Shown piece after piece: positions 57,967 through 64,000 of a stretch of 64,000 nucleotides of DNA. The DNA comes from Eledone cirrhosa (Eukaryota): contig OZ024752.1 of the NCBI GenBank assembly GCA_964016885.1, forward strand, positions 46,438,001-46,502,000, written 5' to 3'. A program made the translations under genes and the position numbers. The stretch's first letter is position 1. Every line of letters begins with the position of its first letter. The notes under the pieces are model-generated. The model was not told the origin of the DNA. It ran no database searches and was given only the letters and a program-made list of their open reading frames with translations.

Positions 57967-58260
57967 GAAATATATACAACACACAGAAAATATATGTACT
58001 AGGTACTGTACAGAGTACCTAGAATACTTTTAATACAGTTGAAACAAGACTGCATGTAGCCAAGGCACATAGAGTTGTGCTCGGTAATACAATGGCAGTA
58101 TGCAATGGAGATAATCTCTGTGGGGGTGTTTTCTCCTTGAACCAGTTCGGAAGTGTTAACGTATTAGTATATATAATCAATAAGGTAATTGATACTTAAA
58201 ACGTTTTATGTCTGATTTGATTGCTCATAAACATCACAATATATATACATTCATATATAA

Positions 58261-58295
<35 letters not shown>

Positions 58296-58510
58296 GTGTA
58301 TGTATATATATATTTATATATATATGTGTATGTATATATATGTGTATGTATGTATATATATGTATGTGTGTATATATATGTGTATATATGTGTGTGTATA
58401 TGTGTATATATGTGTGTGTATATATATGTGTATATATGTGTGTATATATATATGTGTATATATGTGTGTATATATGTGTGTATATATATGTGTATATATC
58501 TGTGTATATA

Positions 58511-58589
<79 letters not shown>

Positions 58590-58673
58590 ATGAGAAAGAC
58601 GGATGTTAAATGATGATAATGATGGTGTATGTATATATAATATATATATATTATGTGTATATATGTGTGTGTA

Positions 58674-58706
<33 letters not shown>

Positions 58707-59126
58707 CACATACGTACGCCCACATACTTATACGCAATCACATGCAGCCCCACCTACACACTCAGCCACATTCACACCCACACACTCTTATTCACACACA
58801 CACACACACATACACACTCTCTTTATTCACACACACACATACACACACACACACCCACACACACATTCTAGCTATGACCTTAGTCTTCAGATATAGTGTC
58901 ATCATCTTCATCATCATCATCGTTTAACATCCATCTTCCACGCTAGAAAGAATTCCTTATCCAAGATGTCCTTCCTTTGTTTATTTTTAAATATTAAGGA
59001 AGTCGAGATCATAGTTCCGGAGGACATGTTAGAATTTTTAAGGAAAGAATTACTGGACAGATTTTATGGGCCAGGTGCCTATATATAGTTTGGTGTGTGC
59101 AGGGCGTAAGGTGAGATGTTGTCCCA

Positions 59127-60435
59127 CCCCCTACATCAGGTAACCATATAGTTTAGTATATGTAGGGGGTAAGGTGAAATGTTAATCCCTCTCTCCCCCC
59201 TACATCAGGTAACCATATAGTTTAGTATATGTAGGGGGGTAAGGTGAAATGTTAATCCCTCTCTCCCCACTACATCAGGTAACCATATAGTTTAGTATAT
59301 GTAGGGGGTAAGGTGAAATGTTAATCCCGCTCTCCCCACTACATCAGGTAACCATATAGTTTAGTATATGTAGGGGGTAAGGTGAAATGTTAATCCCTCT
59401 CTCCCCCTACATCAGGTAACCATATAGTTTAGTATATGTAGGGGGTAAGGTGAAATGTTAATCCCTCTCTCCCCACTACATCAGGTAACCATATAGTTTA
59501 GTATATGTAGGGGGTAAGGTGAAATGTTAATCCCTCTCTCCCCCCTACATCAGGTAACCATATAGTTTAGTATATGTAGGGGGTAAGATGAAATGTTAAT
59601 CCCTCTCTCCCCCCTCCATCAGGTAACCATATAGTTTAGTATATGTAGGGGGTAAGGTGAAATGTTAATCCCTCCCCACTACATCAGGTAACCATATAGT
59701 TTAGTATATGTAGGGGATAAGGTGAAATGTTAATCCCTCTCTCCCCCATACATCAGGTAACCATATAGTTTAGTATATGTAGGGGGTAAGGTGAAATGTT
59801 AATCCCTCTCTCCCCCCTACATCAGGTAACCATATAGTTTAGTATATGTAGGGGGGTAAGGTGAAATGTTAATCCCGCTCTCCCCACTACATCAGGTAAC
59901 CATATAGTTTAGTATATGTAGGGGGTAAGGTGAAATGTTAATCCCTCTCTCTCCCTACATCAGGTAACCATATAGTTTAGTATATGTAGGGGGGTAAGGT
60001 GAAATGTTAATCCCTCTCTCCCCACTACATCAGGTAACCATATAGTTTAGTATATGTAGGGGGGGGTAAGGTGAAATGTTAATCCCTCTCTCCCCCCTAC
60101 ATCAGGTAACCATATAGTTTAGTATATGTAGGGGGGTAAGGTGAAATGTTAATCCCTCTCTCCCCACTACATCAGGTAACCATATAGTTTAGTATATGTA
60201 GGGGGGTAAGGTGAAATGTTAATCCCTCTCTCTCCCTACATCAGGTAACCATATAGTTTAGTATATGTAGGGGGTAAGGTGAAATGTTAATCCCGCTCTC
60301 CCCACTACATCAGGTAACCATATAGTTTAGTATATGTAGGGGGGTAAGGTGAAATGTTAATCCCTCTCCCCCTCCTACATCAGGTAACCATATAGTTTAG
60401 TATATGTAGGGGGGGGGGGGGGGTAAAGTGAAATA
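59127..60435. repeat. ~70-bp minisatellite with internal hairpin (~19 units)
   Basis: ccccctacatcaggtaaccatatagtttagtatatgtagggggtaaggtgaaatgttaatccctctct. Confidence 0.95.
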
Positions 60436-61027
60436 TTGACCTTCCCTGCATCTGTTGTTAGCTGTCAGGACACTGTATCCTTATAAACCTCAATGCTTCC
60501 AGAAATTCACCAGCACCACACCTGATATTCTCCCTCCATACACACACACATATATATATATCTGTGTGTGTATATCATGACTCGTACACTGTTCACTTTC
60601 CTGACATTTGTACATTATTCTATGTACTATACATGCACCTTTGATGACTTGTAGTGCACCTGAGCACTGTACACAATAATTTTCATTATTGTTATCAGGT
60701 AACCATGAATAGTTTAGTATGTGTAGGAGTTAAGGTGAAATATTTACCCTCTACTCGGGTAAGATGTCAATCAGTTTATCTTACCTGATAGTTGAGATTT
60801 AGATATTATTTATTTTGAGAACAATACCTTAACACCAGTATGAGTGGCCAGTTACAGCCAGTTTAAACAGAAAGAGGTGAGAGAATTCTGACCAGAGATG
60901 ACTGGTTTAAATGCTAAAGGGTTGAGACATTTTCACAAGATGTCATGTTGTAGGATTGAACCAATAACCTCATATAACTAAGAACTGAACTTCTCCCCCC
61001 ACCCAATCAGCAAAAACAATCATCTGA

Positions 61028-61560
61028 TGTTTAACTGTATTCCTTGTGTTAATGTTAGTGTTTAACTGTATACCTTGTGTTAATGTTAGTGTTTAACTGT
61101 ATACCTTGTGTTAATGTTAGTGTTTAACTGTATTCCTTGTGTTAATGTTAGTGTTTAACTATTCCTTGTGTTAATGTTAGTGTTTAACTGTATTCCTTGT
61201 GTTAATGTTAGTGTTTAACTATTCCTTGTGTTAATGTTAGTGTTTAACTGTATTCCTTGTGTTAATGTTAGTGTTAACTGTATTCCTTGTGTTAATGTTA
61301 GTGTTAACTGTATTCCTTGTGTTAATGTTAGTGTTTAACTGTATTCCTTTTGTTAATGTTAGTGTTTAACTGTATTCCTTGTGTTAATGTTAGTGTTTAA
61401 CTGTATTCCTTGTGTTAATGTTAGTGTTTAACTGTATTCCTTGTTAATGTTAGTGTTTAACTGTATTCCTTGTGTTAATGTTAGTGTTTAACTGTATTCC
61501 TTGTTAATGTTAGTGTTTAACTGTATTCCTTGTTAATGTTAGTGTTTAACTGTATTAACG
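61028..61560. repeat. 31-bp minisatellite (~17 units)
   Basis: tgtttaactgtattccttgtgttaatgttag. Confidence 0.95.
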
Positions 61561-61891
61561 TTGCTCTGGTTTGGAAGTTTCTTCTAATGAAAGCGTGACA
61601 GGAAAGCTTTCATTTCAACAGTATTTGTCAAGATCCATATTTAATCTGTGCAGCGATATCGCTTTTCATGACGACCTTCACTGACTTTTGGTTTGGTGGG
61701 TTTTTGTTTTTAACATGGGATTAACATGTCTAATCTGAGCTTAATATTAACCACCATCACCCACATTCTCTTCCACCTCCCCCTTCATACAGGAACAGCA
61801 GCTATAATCAGATAAATTCTCGGTAAAGCAATTTAGCTGATGCCCTTGAAGTAAATAGACCGAGGAATACTGATCCTTCCTTTCATCTTTC

Positions 61892-61946
<55 letters not shown>

Positions 61947-62420
61947 CATACGCACACACACATATATATATATATACATACACACATACATACTCACACA
62001 CACACTCTCACACGCATATACATACACACACGTTTATATACACGCACACAAATACATACATACACACATACATATACACACACACTCACTCACACATACA
62101 TACATACATACAAACATACATACACATACATGCATATACATACACACATGCACACACACACACTCACACATGCATATATACACGCACATGCATATATATA
62201 CACGCACATACATACACACACGCCATGGAGGAGGTAAACATTAGTTCCAGAGATTCTAAGGAGCGGAAGATAATGGTTTCTGATTTAGGCCCCAGGAAGG
62301 TGTTCATTCCTACAACTTCAGTTACTCTTTTAATGCCAGGATCACCCTCCCTTCCGGTTCCAGGGGGCAGGGAGTTATCACTCCTGCTACCGTGTCCACT
62401 CATTGTTATTTAACCCTAGG

Positions 62421-62537
62421 TCAAATCCCGCCGAGGTTAACTTTGCCTTTCATCATTACGGGGGGGGGGGTCGATAAAATAAAGTACCAGTAATGCACTG
62501 GGTAATTGCTGGCCTTGTGCCAAAAGTAGAAACAGTT
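62421..62537 (+). mobile_element. SINE family 1, 3' half with target-site duplication
   Basis: Flanked by the direct repeat gttatttaaccctaggt (62405-62421 and 62535-62551). Confidence 0.8.
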
Positions 62538-63225
62538 ATTTAACCCTAGGTTCACCATCCCTCCTTCCCTCTGTAGTATTTTAAACCCTTGCTCCACTCT
62601 TTATCACCCCTAATGTTTAAAACCCCAGGGCAATTCTAATGTCGTTAAGATTATTTGGGGGACAACTCAGCCAAAAGGAAAATAGAGTAGAGTAAAAATG
62701 AAATAAAAATAAAACAAAGCAACAGTTTACTCTTTAATTTTTTTTTTATTTCATGATATTTTGAGGTTAAGAATCTTATTCAATGAGAAAGAAATGAAGC
62801 ATTACTTGTCATCACCATCACGCATTTCAGTGTAAACTGTTTTGTTTTTTATTTTTATTTCTCTACTGCATTTATAACTTGTACTGTACCAGCTTTTCTA
62901 ACACAATCTTAACCTCATATTTCACACCATTCCATATTAACTGTTGTTATTGTTTAAACCAAGATCAATAGTGTTATTGTTTAACCCAAGGCCAACTCTA
63001 ATCAGCTGACTCGTGTTGAAAAACATTTCAACAATAACCATCCTATTTAAGTGTATCTAGAAGTACCTTATCTAATGTGTCCTTCCTCTTTTTAAGATGG
63101 TAAGAAGTGTTATTTGAGAATTTAGCTGCTATTTCTAGCAAGTTGAACTATATAAATATAGTAAAATAAGAAATATTTAATATTTATTGATACATAGCAT
63201 ATATATTATATTATTTACAATTTGT

Positions 63226-63414
63226 GTGGATTGGCAGTATCGGTAGAGGGTCGGACACAATGTTTTGCAGCAAAGAGTTACGGCCCTTTATGGTCTGAGT
63301 TCAAATCCCGCCGAGGTTAACTTTGCCTTTCATCCTTACGGGGGTCGATAAAATAAAGTACCAGTAATACACTGGGGTAATTGCTGGCCTTGTGCCAAAA
63401 GTAGAAACAATTAT
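63226..63414 (+). mobile_element. SINE family 1, full length with target-site duplication
   Basis: Flanked by the direct repeat ttatttacaatttgtgtg. Confidence 0.88.
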
Positions 63415-63564
63415 TTACAATTTGTGTGTAGGTAGGTCTCTGGAAATAGGGTTAGGGGCATTGAAGGTATTTCAGGGCTGTGAGCAGCACAGTGGCCCCA
63501 AAAGTTTGAAAACTTCTGATGTAGAGTATGTGTTGGGGGTGGTATTGTAATGTCCCCATTTTTA

Positions 63565-63660
63565 TAATTGTTTCTACTTTTAGCACAAGGCCAGCAATAA
63601 CCCAGTGCATTACTGGTACTTTATTTTATCGACCCTGTAAGGATGAAATGCAAAGTTATC
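63565..63660 (-). mobile_element. SINE family 1, 3' half
   Basis: Matches the consensus. Confidence 0.75.
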
Positions 63661-64000
63661 TTTATAATACTCTGGTGCTCCACATTGCTGGCCAGTAGTG
63701 TTAGTTCCATCATCAAACCTTGTTCTGCATGACTAACCATTAATGTCTAATTCCATCTTCATACCATGTTCCACATGGCTGACCAGAAATGTCTGTCACT
63801 CCCTCTCCCAGGCGTTGTTCTGCATGAATGACCAGTAAAATTGAGATGATACAAATGAGGGAACATTAGTTTTGTCTGTTAACACCTTAACATTCACATT
63901 GGACTCTAGTCTTGTCTCCCTCCCTGCTCCTGGACCACATACCTGCTCACTGCTAGTGGAGCTGTGGATTGGCAGAATCGGTAGAGCGTCGGACAGCATA

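Overview
Eukaryotic, very AT-rich, microsatellite-saturated genomic DNA. The (TA)n/(CA)n/(GA)n load and the SINE types suggest an octopus or other coleoid cephalopod (inference). Nearly all ORFs in the track are microsatellite artefacts. The only real coding sequence I can support is the first coding exon of a salt-inducible kinase (SIK2-like; 42802-42936, +), which is absent from the ORF track; it is followed by an intron of more than 21 kb. The rest is tRNA-derived SINEs, small DNA-transposon MITEs and about a dozen minisatellites. Two hidden layers stand out. (1) The window is dense with short, (TA)n-embedded, non-coding elements from about 9 sequence families that carry type I hammerhead ribozyme motifs (about 14 near-complete, plus several 3' halves), mostly with minimal or palindromic stem III. 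Many occur as asymmetric inverted duplications, some folded back at ribozyme stem II, and several share a GTATTGAGTAC motif downstream of the cleavage site. This fits a diverse Penelope-like pseudo-LTR / retrozyme-type system. (2) Nine perfect CRE palindromes (TGACGTCA), some clustered or paired with other motifs, lie in the unique-sequence islands upstream of the SIK exon, suggesting a conserved CREB-to-SIK feedback loop. All folds and motifs were read by eye, and repeat boundaries are approximate.
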